Source of the DNA: the human T2T-CHM13v2.0 reference genome, Homo sapiens
Direction: 5' to 3' (one strand)
NCBI RefSeq assembly: GCF_009914755.1
Contig: NC_060934.1
DNA: 64,000 bases
Both the position numbers and the translations under genes were made by a program. The notes beneath the pieces are model-generated. The model was not told the DNA's origin. It worked only from the letters and a program-made list of their open reading frames with translations, and ran no database searches. Shown one piece after another: positions 1 through 16,158 of the stretch; the stretch's first letter is position 1; each line of letters starts with the position of its first letter.

Positions 1-472
1 CACACGTATGTTTATTGCGGCACTATTCACAATAGCAAAGACTTGGAACCAACCCAAATGTCCAACAACGATAGACTGGATTAAGGAAATGTGGCAAATA
101 TACACCATGGAATACTATGCAGTCATAAAAAATGATGAGTTCATGTCCTTTGTAGGGACATGGATGAAACTGGAAATCATCATTCTCAGCAAACTATTGC
201 AAGGACAAAAAACCAAACACCGCATATTCTCACTCATAGGTGGGAATTGAACAACGAGAACACATGGACACAGGAAGGGGAACATCACACTCTGGGGACT
301 ATTGTGGGGTGGGGGGATTGGGGAGGGATAGCATTAGGAGATATACCTAATGCTAAATGACGAGTTAATGGGTGCAGTACACCAACATGGCACATGTATA
401 CATATGTAACAAACCTGCATATTATGCACATGTACCCTAAAACTTAAAGTATAATATTAATAATAAAAAATA
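1..472 (+). mobile_element. L1PA (about L1PA2-4) 3' end: ORF2 C-terminus, 3'UTR and A tail; continues upstream of the window
   Basis: ORF 8..250 (FIAALFTIAKTWNQPKCP...IFSLIGGN*) is the L1 ORF2p C-terminus; G-rich 3'UTR; 'ctaaatgacgagttaatggg' is the older L1PA form, not the L1Hs ACA form. Confidence 0.95.
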
Positions 473-855
473 TTAAATGAAACAAACAAACAAAAATTAA
501 CCAGATAAAATGATGTATTTAGTTTCGTTCTGGGTTTTGGTTGACAATATTTTGTAAATGCCTGTAGGTAGTGAGCCTAGCTGTAAATCATAACTAAATC
601 ATCATAATTTACCAACACCCAACATGACATCCACAAAGGTATAACATCGATAATTCTGATGGTGTTGACAATATGCTAAACATCTGGATGAGAAGTGAAA
701 ATTTATTTTGACAATCTATACACTACCAAAAAACAAACCTAGATGTTTGGCTTTAAGTAGTTTTGTCACTTCTCTCTTAAAAATAATTGTCTCCTCTCTG
801 CATCTATTCATCTCTAATTGCTGCACTTTCCAATGTGGCCGACAGGAAGGAGTGC

Positions 856-1207
856 ACAGGTGGCCCTTTGCATTCACAGGTTCTGTGTCTCTGGATTTAA
901 CCCATTGAGGCTAGACAACAGTCAAAAAAAATTTGTGTCTGTACCAAATATTTACAGCCTTTTCTCTTGTCATGATTTCCTGAGCAGTACAGCATAACAA
1001 CTACTTACCTAGCACTTACGTTGTGTTAGGTATTGTAAGTAACCTAGAGATGATGTATACAAGAGGATGTGCGTAGCTTATATGCAAACACGAGGCCAAT
1101 TTATATCAGGGACTTGGATACCTGTGGGTTTTGGTGTCTGTGGGAGTCCTGGAACTATTCCCCCATGGATGCGGCATGGAGTTGTCCCCCATGGAGGAAC
1201 AACTATA
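856..1207 (+). mobile_element. MER2 (TcMar-Tigger) DNA transposon fossil
   Basis: Matches recalled MER2 consensus ('ttgtgttaggtattgtaagtaacctagagatg', 'tttatatcagggacttg', 'gtcctggaac..tcccccatggat'). Confidence 0.8.
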
Positions 1208-2869
1208 TAGAGTTTGTCTTTCCCTTTCTTCCTTGAAACTCCTTTAGATTTCAGATTTGAGATGACTACTTCCTGACCAGATTGAATAATTATTTACATA
1301 TTAGAGTTTTGAGACAACATTGAGGCAGGCTGTCCTCTTAGCTAGACTATACTTTAGTTCTTGAACTTTGTTCTGGCATTGATGACATCTGCAGTTGTTT
1401 GAAAACTAATTGAATCTGGTAAAAGTCCCTGTGCATGTGGGGGTCTGTCTTCCCCTGCCGAAAAGAACTACGCGAGCTTGTTCTATCTTCCCTTCTGTGC
1501 CCTGTTTCAAGTTCACCAGCAACAGTGTCTGCTTCTCTATAATCACGGTACCGTCTTCCTCCAGGCTCTGTGCATTTCAGGCAGAGGGAACCTACCTGCT
1601 TCAGTCTCACTTTCCTTCATTGTCTTCTCTTCATTGCCTGCTGGTCTATTCCTAACTTAGAAACTAAGATGAACATTCTCCTTAGATGCTTGCATTGGCC
1701 ATTTTCTGCACTTCCATATCAATACTCAAATCGTTTGCTCTAAATCTCTACCTTAGTTCTTACATCTCACCTCTCCTCTCTTCTGATTGTCCAGCGAACC
1801 CATACATTGGGTGATTTCTTCCTTGTAATGGTTCTTGTACTTCTAGAGCTCCAGAAAGAGCCCTCTCTCCTTCTCTCCCCTTACAGTCTTTCAAAAGACT
1901 CTCCCATCCCATAAGGGAGACCCAAAGAAGACATTGGGTCCTGTCTCCTATCTTCAACCTCTCCATGTCTCTTCACAAACCACAGGGCATGACAAATTAT
2001 TCCCACTTCTTCCCCACATTTTCACTCAGATGGCCTTTCTCTATATTAAGTAATTTGTTCTTGGATCCACTTATTCCTAGGATATATATTAAGCTCCCAC
2101 TAGGTACATAAGGCCCTGCTGAGAGCCCTGAGGTGGAGGGCATTTGTGGAGGGAGGGAAAGAAGTTATCTCATCTTCCCTTGAGGAATTTGCAGTCTAGA
2201 CAGAGGCCCAGGCATTTATTCACAGAGAAGTTGAGACTACATATGATTAAGTGACAAATGTTTGGTACAAGTTGGTACAAGCAATATAAGCCTTAGGATG
2301 TCAGAAGAGAGAAAAATTTCCTTAGATGGGATGATGGGGTTTGGAGGTTGATGTGTAAAGGCACTGGCCTTACAGCATGGATAAGATTTGAGAGGCAGGA
2401 GCGGGTGAGAGGATTCCACCAGGGAGGAAGGAGATATGGCAGGTGACACAGCCTGGATGGAATGGACAAGCTGTGTGGAGAGGCCGTTCCTCCATGAGCC
2501 CTGGCAATTGTTGGTTTGAGGAGCACCAGGGCATCATTCATTTTCACTCTCCTTTCACTTCCTATAGCAATATATATATTTTTGATCATGTAGGTTGTAT
2601 TTTGAAATGAGTGCAAAGGCAATGTACATTTGTTCATAAAATGACATTATCATTTTGCATAAATAAAATAACACTAAAAATTATATATTGTGATAAAGAT
2701 AGAGAAAGAGGTTTTAGCAAACTTCTTTTTCATCAAAGAATATATCAGTTGAATGCAAAATAGGTTCTGTGTTTGCGTAAATATCTTCTTCCTTTCAGTA
2801 TACTCTTTCTCTTTTCTTCAGAAATCTCATGAAGCCCACAGACTTTATAGTAAGTACTTTTTTCTCGTT

Positions 2870-3287
2870 CTTTTTTTTCAACTTCTATATTAGAATCAGA
2901 GGATACACGTAGATGCCGAGGTTTGGTGTATGAATGAAACCTTCACCCAGGTAGTGATCATAGAACCCAACAGGTAGTTTTTTTCAACCCTTATCCCACT
3001 CCCACCCGCCTCACTCTTGTATCCCCCATTGTCCATTGTTCCCACTTTTATGACCATGTGTACCCAACTTCTAGCTCCCACTTAGAAGTGAGAACCTGTG
3101 GTATTTGGTTTTCTGTTCCTGCACTGATTTGCTTAGGATAATGGTTTCTGGCTGCATCCATGTTGCTGCAAAGGACACAATCTCATTCTTTTTTATGGCT
3201 GCATAGTATTCCATGGTGTATAGGTACCACATTTTCTTTATCCAATACACTGTTGATGGGCACCTGGGTTGATTCTATGTCTTTATA
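2870..3287 (-). mobile_element. Older L1PA (about L1PA15/16) 3' fragment
   Basis: 'gtgagaacctgtggtatttggttttctgttcctg', 'ttttttatggctgcatagtattccatggtg' are antisense L1 3' end sequence. Confidence 0.9.
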
Positions 3288-3354
3288 GCAAGATTTCTGA
3301 TTGAAACACAAAGACTTTCTCTTCTGCCTTCTGAAAAATGTTAAGAAACTGAAC

Positions 3355-3431
3355 ATGTGTGTATGTGTGTATATATATGTGTGTATATATGTATATATAT
3401 GTGTGTATATATACACGCACATATGTATATA

Positions 3432-3464
<33 letters not shown>

Positions 3465-3465
3465 G
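3355..3465. repeat. (TA)n/(TG)n compound microsatellite
   Basis: Visible alternating TA/TG run. Confidence 0.9.
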
Positions 3466-6191
3466 CTTTTCCATGGCCCTGAGAAGTTGCTTAAGCCTCG
3501 ACAAATTTCCTATCACCTCCATGGGGGGGTGCTTATCTGCCCTGATAAGGGCCCCATAGGCTTTTCATGGTCCTGCTTACCCTCTCACACCCCTGAAAAT
3601 GTTTCATTTATATGATGTCTTCCAACTTGAACTTGAAGAGATGACATTCTTTTCACTGCTCCCTCAGTGCCAAATTAATATCCAAAGTACAGTTGAAGTT
3701 TAAAGATTCAGTCTGTTGGACTGGGAACTGGATCCTAGCTTCTATTTATCTGCCTGTCTAGCTAGTTATCCTCTTTTTCTCCCACTCTCTCTCTCCTGGT
3801 CTCTCTTTCAATCTCCCTTTCCCACTATCATCTCTCTATCTACCACCTTTTTCCCTCTTTCTGTTTCTGTATCTTTCTATCTGGCCATCACTTACTGGTC
3901 ATCTCTTTCTCTCTCTTCCTGCCAACCCTATCTACCGCCCCTGTATCTATCCTCTATCCTTGCATATTTGTGTATGTAAATATTTTAAAATATACCTTTA
4001 TATTTGGGAAAAAATGGGTTAAAGTAATACTTTTTGATCAGGCTGTTGATAAAGTAATCTTAACAGAAATGGCACAAGAACAAGTCGCTATCTACAAAGG
4101 AAACCAAGGCCAGTAAACCCAACACAAAGTTTTAGAATAATTGCAATGTAAGGTGCCCTGGAATTATTTCCACACTCAAAATCATTTTTTTTTTTTTCCA
4201 TTTGAAGCGATTTGGCAGAGGGAAAATTACACCTTTTCCCCTTGCTATACAAAGAGATGCCCCCTCTTCATTCTTTTGTAATTCTAATACAAACCTTGGC
4301 AAATGAGACATGGGTTCTAAGGAACATCAAATTCCATGAGTTGAGGAATATCAGAAATAGGCATTTTGCTTCAGTTGGGCAAAATAGCATCTGTGTGTGA
4401 GGATGAGACTAAAAGATTACTCTTCTAGTGTGTTTCCATGTGTAACACATGCTGTATTCAAACTGCCAATTTGTTATTGGCTTTATGTCCTATTCATAGC
4501 ATTGATTTCGTGTTCATCCTGTTTCTTAAGTTTTGGGTACTCTGTAGTATACATGTTTCTTTGCATCCACCATGATTTCTCCGTGAAAGCTGCGTTCCCA
4601 GTCCTTTGTTCATTCCCTGTCTCTTTCCCCTTACCTTCCCCCTGGGCCTAATTATGAAACAACTTCAAATAAATACAAAAATTTTTAAACAAAAAAAAAT
4701 TCTGCTTCCTGTGAGCAATTGCCTAGCTTTTCCCCCTCTTTTCTCTTCAAGAGTTCTAATTCACTTGGAGTACCATGCAGTTGGCCAGGCCTGAGATTTC
4801 TGGAAGCTGTAATTGTGTCTCATTAATTCTTACAGTAATGTAGGGTAACTATAAGGAACATGCAATTAGTGGTTTGGTCAATGAACAGAGCAGTTAATCA
4901 GCAGACAAAAGATGGGGCTCAGGGCCCATTAGGCTAAAAGGAAGTGTGAGGGCTGTTCCGGGCTCCAGGAATGTATTCGAACATGCCTGACTGTTGGACA
5001 GGCTCAGAAGACTATGTTTGTCTTTTTGCTAAACCGGCTTTTTTTTTTAATTGGTGTGGTATGTGTTTATTCAAACACTTGAGAGATTCCTGAGTATTCC
5101 GCGAGAGTACCCCAAGCCTTTTTCTCTCCTTGCGTTAGCTGGCCTCGGCTTCTTCCCTCCATTGTGCAAATAAACCCCCAATACACACATAACAAAAAAG
5201 CAAAAACAAGCCAAAAACAAACGAACCGACCTCCACAATAAAAATAAAGAAGAAGAAAAGCACAATACTGCTTTACTGGAGTGTATTAAACATGGAAGTC
5301 CTGAGCTGACCCCTCTGTCATCAGAAAATAAATGAATGTGGAGACCAATAACGTTGAAATAAGCTTTTGTGTTCTCAATCATCCCCTCCGTATCCATCTC
5401 TAGAAAGTGGACCTTTATGCTTTTGAATGGAGGTGCTTTAAATACATGTAAATGTATGCAGATAAGCATATGAGTTTTAAAATGTTGCAGGCCTTATAGC
5501 TACAAGTAACCTCAATTGTGTGTTTTCTGTGAGAAAATCTTGTCACATTACTTTGGAAATTTGAATACAGAAGTTAACCCCAAGGAATAAGGTCCCTTTT
5601 TCTGGGTAACATGGACTGTACTGCCCTTGCCTAGAAAAACCATGTGAAGTTTACAGATAGAATCCTGTGAAATGTTGTAAATGTGAAGCGATGATTATAC
5701 AAGAAAATGGATTTATCAATAATACATTGCCCTGGGGTAATTCTGAGCTTGAGCAAACAGTTCTTCAAATAGCATGACATCGCTACTCCTAAGTAAAGCA
5801 TACATTTGGAATGAAGAAGGAATGATTACATTTGCTTTTCAAAAGTGAAACCAGTTTAATTATTAACTTATTTCCTGAGTCAAGTGCAGGTCTGAAAACA
5901 AAGGTAGGGTTTTTTCTTTCTCCAAACCTGTCTGCGGTCTTATCTTCTTGGGATTCACATTGGAAACAAAGAAATGTTCAAAAAATGAATTCTCTTAGGC
6001 ATTATGTTAGAGCTTCAGCTGTTTTGAATAATTAGCTTCATTTTTTAAATATTTGAAACATTTTTTACTTGGAGATAAGAATAGCCTAGTGGACGATGAG
6101 AGTTACAAATGATATACCCTTCTTATCAATTAATTAGGAACAGTAAACCCACTCAACCTCTTTTTTTGCTTATTTTGATTTTCTTCTGTAA

Positions 6192-6517
<326 letters not shown>

Positions 6518-6664
6518 AAGAAGTGTTAATTTTTAATTCAAAACATCATGAAGTTTCTCATTTCCTTCAATGACATGCCATGCATTGTTTCAGAAATTGG
6601 GAGACTGGTGGGGATAGGGAAGGCGGTTTAATTCTGCACCAACTAGCTTTGGAGAGACAAAGGA

Positions 6665-6715
6665 ATTAACCTTTGCACCTCAGTTTCCTCATCTGTAAAA
6701 TAAGGATTTTTAGTC
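6665..6715 (+). mobile_element. MIR core fragment
   Basis: 'cctcagtttcctcatctgtaaaat' MIR core. Confidence 0.7.
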
Positions 6716-7241
6716 AAAGTAATCTTCAAGTCTCCTTTTAACTGTGCTCTTTTGCGACTCTTTTCAGCCAACAGTGAAACTGTTCCGAGTATTATTTAAA
6801 CATAGGATTTATGTCACAAACTATCCATGGTAAACCATGGTTCCAGTTTGCTGCTGCTGATGCGGGCTATGGAATCATTAGAGGTTACTACCAGCATTAA
6901 ATTTGTTGTAAAAGGATTTTCTCTGTAATCAGTTTTTTTCTCCTTGTTTTGATTTGCCTGATTGCTAAATAGCTCCCTTGTTTCCTAGTGAATAACACTC
7001 CTTCATGTTTCAGGAGCTTGTAATTACCTTGGTCTTTCGGGCAGCATGCTGTCTGCCTGCTTTCATCTGTGAGTGGTCTCTACTGGTCTAGGGTTTCATG
7101 TTGTGTATCATAAATCTCAGCAACAAACGGACTTCAAAATCTTCTGTACTTCTGTAAAGTGATACAGTTGGGTTTTATGGTTGCACATTGCTTTATAAAG
7201 TAATCTGCTCTGGAATACATCTCAGAAACCATAAACACGGT

Positions 7242-7618
<377 letters not shown>

Positions 7619-8165
7619 TTATTCACATATATATCGGCCACTTAGGAGGCCCATCCATACCCCGACCTGGCTGGAATTTCCGATACTGCTCAGCCCTCAA
7701 GGTCCAATCCATCCTGTTGGTTTCTCTGTCTTTTGTGACCCAACCCCTTTCCCTAAGACTTTACCTTTAACCACCCTTCCCATTTTAGAAATTCTGTCTT
7801 CTCATCAGATTGCACTGGGCAAAAGTCTTTCCTTTCTTTCCTGCCAAGATTTTCTCCAGCATAAATGTAATCTTCAGAGAATACAGAAGAATCAGTAAAT
7901 TAACAATACATTCATGACTTATTCACGGCACAGGGTCAGAAACTCTCAGGCCAACATAGGCTAGGCAGATAACGTAGGAGTTGGGTGAGCCCGAGAGAAA
8001 ATCACAGAAAGTGGTGGCGGGGCGGGGGTGGGGGGTATAGCGTTGAGGAGATGGGAAGCCGGGGTTGGTGAGGGGGTGGGGGGTGGAGCCCTCCAAAGGA
8101 CAGGCCTCTGCTAAAGACAGCAGCCTGCACTCCCTCCAGCCAATTATCGCCATACGGGAATGTAA

Positions 8166-8615
<450 letters not shown>

Positions 8616-9024
8616 TAAGCTGAATAAGAGAAAGTTTGTTTTTAGATTATTCAAATTACTTTAATTCCAAGGAGTTGGGTGAGGCAACAATATGTATTGC
8701 CCATAATATGAGGATGTTATTTAATTATATCTGGAGTTACTTGGCCAAGAGGGTGGTTAAAAGTTAGGTAATTTTTCTCCTTTAACCCTCACCATCCTGT
8801 GTGACATTCTCATATTTAATGCACGTAGAAGCCAAGACTTGTCACGGAGTTAGTAAGTGGTAGAGCCTGGCCGTAGCTCAAAGGTGCATGCTCTGCACCG
8901 TCCCTGCCAAAGGGCTGGTCCAGGATCTCGGACATTCTTCAGCCTGACATTCCAGGTTCCATGCCGGATAATTATCCTCAGGATAATGCAGGGGTTACCT
9001 ACTATTTTAAAAGAACTACAATCT

Positions 9025-9813
<789 letters not shown>

Positions 9814-11949
9814 TCAGTTGGCCAAGTGGTCACATGCTTCGTATGATTTGGTATGGACTGCCAAGGGCCCCCTGCTGCTTCCAAAATAATTCCATCATCA
9901 GGCTGCCGTGCTCTCAGCCATTTCCACCATTAGAAACCCATTCCTTTGGGTTAATAAAATGATCTCTAGAAATGCCTTGACGACCTACAAGTGGCAGGAG
10001 ACTGGCTGAAATAACACATGAAAACTGTAGACTGAATGATTTGATAATATTAGCAAAACTTTGAAATAATATGAGACAAGACATGGTATTTGTAACACAT
10101 ATAAAATATTTAACAGTGCCTGGTGTATAGTAAACAGTCAAACAGTGTTCAACGAGCAAAAATAAGGGATGGGAGGGGTGAAGTTGGGGGAGGCAGGAAC
10201 AGGGTGGATGTGGTGGTAGCCGATGGGACACAGGACATGAGAGAGGGGCAGGGTTGTGAAGAAAGGAGGCTGAGACAGATGTGGCCTGCCACAGAGGTGA
10301 AGTTCAGCCCTGAGCCCTGGTTGTAGCAGTTTTCTCTCTTTCATCATAGTAGAAATCAGGCAGAATTTATGCCCACGATTTGACCGTTGCAGGAGCTTTC
10401 TGGTTCCAGGGTTTTAGGACACACAGGTTTTGTTTCAGCGGTTTAAACTTACACATTTCAGCCAAGATGATGATAAACCTCAGGAAATTAAGGAAAGGAA
10501 TACATGTGATATCAAAACCAAAAATTCAATCTTCCTTCATATGTAAAACACGAAAGCCATAAGCCTGTAAACCCAAATTCTGGTAAAAATCCACTACAAT
10601 GGGTTATTCAGCCAGTGTGAAATTTATGTGCACCTTAAGCAAGGGGTTATTTCGCTTCCTGTATTTCCTGTTTCCAAATACTCTTTTGAATTGAAAATGG
10701 TGAGAAGCGTAAATTATATGACACTGGAAACGTCTTTCCTATTTCATTTACGATCAAGAACTACTGTTTGCATTTGTATTATGTAGCTACTGTAGAAATT
10801 GACCAAATGTTGACAGACAAAAGGCACATGCACCCTGACAAGAGCCAAAACAAACAGGAAGGAACCAACAAGGTAGAACTGTTGGAAAGAACAAAGGATA
10901 CAGACACACGGGACCATGTGAACCTGTTCTTTGCAAGATGAGCCACTACAGCTGGGTGCGTAGAAGGTTAATGAGCCTGATGGATGGAAATGGAGCTGGG
11001 TTCTTCTGTGCATGGTGCAGGCTCTAATCCAATCTGGACCCACTATGAGTTAAAGGAGACACTGGCTTTCCGGGGAGCCATGCACACAGCTAGATGGGTT
11101 TCTGGGGAACTGGAAATCGTGGTTCCACCGCCTTCTTCTCCCATCTTTCTTTCAGGTGCAAACTTTTCACCTGAAAGGCTTTCTATTTAGACCTTCCAGG
11201 AAGTGAGACTAAATGGTGTGAAGAGAAGTGAGTAAAGACCAACCCTGAATGACTGATTGAGGATGCGTGTTAGAATGGGGCTAAAGCCCTGCCGATCCAT
11301 CTTTTCTTTCCATAAGGCTTTTAGTTGGTTGCCACAATGGAGAGCAAAGGTAAGATGAGGAGACAGAGGAAGAGGAAGACTAATTTCTTTCCGGTTAGGA
11401 ACAGGCAGACAGTAGAGAATAACTCCAGGCAATCTGGAGTCAAGGCAAAATGATCTATGTCCAGATCCCAGTCTTTCCGCTGCAGTCCACATTTAGAATA
11501 AACATACATGCATCTACACCGTAGGGTTTCTTCCCAAGCTGGAAAGGCCATAGTAGTAAGTTGGCAATTCAGACTTTTTTTTTTCCCTTTTATTGACTAG
11601 ATTCCAAATTGGGGGTAGAGGGGAGAGATAAAACTCAAATACCCCAAATTTGAACCAGATGACAAAATGTCACCCAAACCTTTTGCAAGGCAAGGCTGAA
11701 GGGTGCAGGTGTGTGTATCGGGTGTCGGTTCTTCCCTCCTTGGGTATTGACACAGTTTGCCTCTTCCCCGAGATTCAGTGAGTAGCTACTGCTGCACATA
11801 GGTACCCAGTCCCTAATGAAACTCAGCTGCACGAGTTTCATGGGGCTTTAGGATTTGTAAGCCCATGATTGGGGTTGAAGCCTTCCAGGAACCGCTGCCC
11901 TAATAGAACAGGGAAGGAAAACTGATCTATCTCTGCAGGCCTACTTTTC

Positions 11950-12260
11950 ATTTTAATGAGTGGCTCTGAAGGACGAGCAGGCTGCTAAACAATTTATTTT
12001 TCAGATAATACGAAGAACGGACTGGAAATACATTCAGAAGGAAAACACAGTAATTAATTTGTCACTGAAACCTGAGGGGTCCGGCTCCACTTATAGGTGA
12101 TAATGAATGTTTTGCACGTAATTAGCAAGAATAATTAGCACATTCCTGGTAACAAATGGACTGACTGGTACTCTGCAAACAAAATTAATTGTTGTGCTAA
12201 CAGAGGCAATTGTGTCTCTTTATTGTCTGACAATGTCCCTTATATGCACTAATACCTACT
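11950..12260. promoter_or_regulatory. Candidate enhancer (homeodomain/SOX/TEAD motif cluster)
   Basis: TAATTA at 12051, 12119 and 12132; AATTAATT 12183; ATTGT/ACAAT at 12188, 12209, 12222, 12230; ACATTCC 12140; lies in about 2.7 kb with no recognisable repeat. Motif evidence only. Confidence 0.35.
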
Positions 12261-12909
12261 TTAGAACTCAGCGGCTTTGTGCAGATAGGAAGGGGAATCT
12301 ATAAAATTGTACCCCTTCCATCCGCTTCTCAGAAATTTCAAGACCACCAGGGGACTTGTTTGTCAAAACTTGTTAAACAATTTGTAATCTTTAACATGTG
12401 TTTTACTGTATTAACGGATGAACCGTTCAAATCAACTTACTGGTTAAGCCAGGAAAGCTACTCTAATCAATCAAATGCCGACATTTTAAACTCTGGGAAC
12501 TTTTTTTTTCCTTTACCTTCTTTGGAAAGGAATAGATAAAAATATTGAACTAGAAGCGAGAGGGAAAATTTTCTTAAGTTCTACTGATGCATATTGAGTT
12601 TATTTCTGTTGTCTTGGCCTTATAAGGTGGGTCTGACTTGGAAGCCTGTTTGTGTTTGCAGGCTTGCAATTAGGCTGCTCAGAAGAAACACAGTGGTATC
12701 CCTTTTACAGTCCTTTAGACAGTTTTAAGCAGCACGTAAAATTTATACACACAGTAGGCTTCTTTCTCCCTGACTCTGAAACCTATTTTTTAAACTCCTA
12801 CAGCTTACAATATAGGAAAATAATTTTAATGAACATGAATATTCTAGTAATTCTTAGGATGGTTGGAGAAGCTGAGAATACTATGATATACTTTAAAGAG
12901 GATTCCCTA

Positions 12910-13200
<291 letters not shown>

Positions 13201-13794
13201 GAGAGGATCGTTTATCAGAACTGCATCCCTGTGTGTGCACAATAAATGATTATATGAACAGAACTGAAATCGAATTCAGGCTGCTGGTGGGTACCAGATT
13301 TCCACACACTAACCTGGCTTCCTGAGAGGAGTGGAGCAGAGCAAGGCTGGCCTTATTCTTGAGGTGTGATGTCGGGTCTCGCCCTTGGCGTCTTTGGGGC
13401 ACCACTCTTGGGCAGGTACTTTTCCTCCAGCAAATTGTCTGCTCCTGGGTTTCTGTGACTCCATTTTTTTCCTGGCTCTTCTCTCATCCCTTTAAAGTTC
13501 TTCTCAGTTTCTGTCCTTGTGCCTTTACCCCTTCCTCTTAGGGGAACTGTCCTCCAGTTCTGGGGCCCTCAGTAGTTCCCTTTTTGGGCACAGGGGTTGT
13601 TTGGCATCATCACTTGGCGGCCATATCCGTCTCATATTTCCAGCTCCTTGTTGTCTACTTTCATCTAGTAGACAAAGAAGAAAAGATCCTTTCCTTTTTC
13701 TCTCAAACATCTACAGATTTCTCTAAAACAAAATGGATTTTCTGCCTCCAATTTCTGCTTTCTGTTCATGAAACCAACATTTTGTCAGACACGG

Positions 13795-14147
<353 letters not shown>

Positions 14148-15109
14148 TCAGCCACGGAGCCTGCAAATCTCTGGATTATCATGGTTGCCTCTGATTTCAA
14201 CCAGTTTCTAAGTCATATCCAGTATTATTTTCCGAAGGATATCTCTTTGTTGTTTTTCATCCTATTGTCACCGGGCTACTCAAGCTTCCAAGCCTCCTCA
14301 GTAATTTTTCTGTTGTTAGGAAACTGGTTTCCCTATTGCTTTTCTTGTTCATTCTGCACACCGTAAGTATATGCATCAATTAACTACTTTGTATCATGTA
14401 ATTCACTGGCTTAAAAATATCCGGTGGACCCCTGGCTTGACATCCAAAGCCCAAACTCCTTCACTTAATGTGCAGAATTCACCATTGTTTGATCCTAGTG
14501 GTTCCTATGTATAAATATGTTCTGGCTAGACATGCTGTTTTCATACCGATTTTGCACATTCTGACTCCACAAAGCCCCTGGCCTTCTTCCTTCTCTCATC
14601 TAAATCTATCCATTCCCTAAAGCTCTGTCCTAGTTTCCCTTCCTCGCAGACACTTCCCTGATCACTGGAAGCTGCGGTAAAATGCTTATCTGAACGCTGT
14701 CTTGCCTCATTCTGATCACTTGGTCAGGAATCAGCCTGCATTGCCTACTATTGGCATTTACCTTGCATGTGTATTTCTTGCCTGTACAGTTAAATTTCTC
14801 AAGGCCAGGAACTGTGTCATATTTTAAAGCTACTGCTAATTCCATTTGGTATCAGTTATGTTTAACATTTATTTCAAAGCCAATTTTATAAACATTGTCC
14901 TTTTTAGAGGACTTTATTCGTTTTTGGGTTCTGTCTTTGGCTCTGGGTCTTTGTCTTTTGCTTTTCCAGATGTTGGAAGCTCTTGAGCAAGGATTTGAAC
15001 ACTCATCCAAAGTCAGGCATCTTTGTGCTTCCAGGAGGCAGGTGTTCTGTGTGAGAGATTAAACGGCCATTCTCTCTGTGGCTGCAGGATTTCGCAGGGC
15101 ACGCCTCTG

Positions 15110-15300
15110 GAGAGTAGTGAGGTGGAAAAGTGGTTACAAATTAGAGGATACAGGTTCCTGTCCTTCTTTGTTGCTGTCGAGCTGTGTGACTCTGGGAAAA
15201 TTGCTTTGCCCCTCTGAGACTCGCTTTCTCACCTGCGAAATCCATTCATTCATTCATCCAGCAGATAGTCACTGGGTTCCTACTGTAAGTCATTTTGACT
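15110..15300. mobile_element. MIR fragment followed by an L2 3' end
   Basis: 'gctgtgtgactctgggaaaattgc' MIR-like; '(cattcatt)n' L2 terminus. Confidence 0.55.
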
Positions 15301-15373
15301 AGGGGATTCTCTGAGCTTCTAAATGTTTTTTTCTGCAGTGCTTATGTAACCTTTTGTTCATACCAGTTTATAA

Positions 15374-15729
<356 letters not shown>

Positions 15730-15815
15730 TCAGATAGTAGACTTTTTGATGTAAGAGGTCATATCCAATTATCCTTGTATTTCTGGCACCTAGCAAAATA
15801 CCTTTGGACTCTGCC

Positions 15816-16158
<343 letters not shown>

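Noticed and set aside
8-250. L1 ORF2 fragment as an active L1Hs
   Set aside because: Lacks the L1Hs-Ta diagnostics, has several substitutions, and the rest lies outside the window
2801-2855. Possible 28-nt micro-exon (CAG...|GTAAGT)
   Set aside because: Next to an L1 T-rich tail, not a multiple of three, and expected by chance; no other support
5071-5469. 132-aa minus-strand ORF in unique sequence
   Set aside because: No recognisable domain, low-complexity F/L/C stretch from an A-rich tract, no exon context; length is within chance for 64 kb
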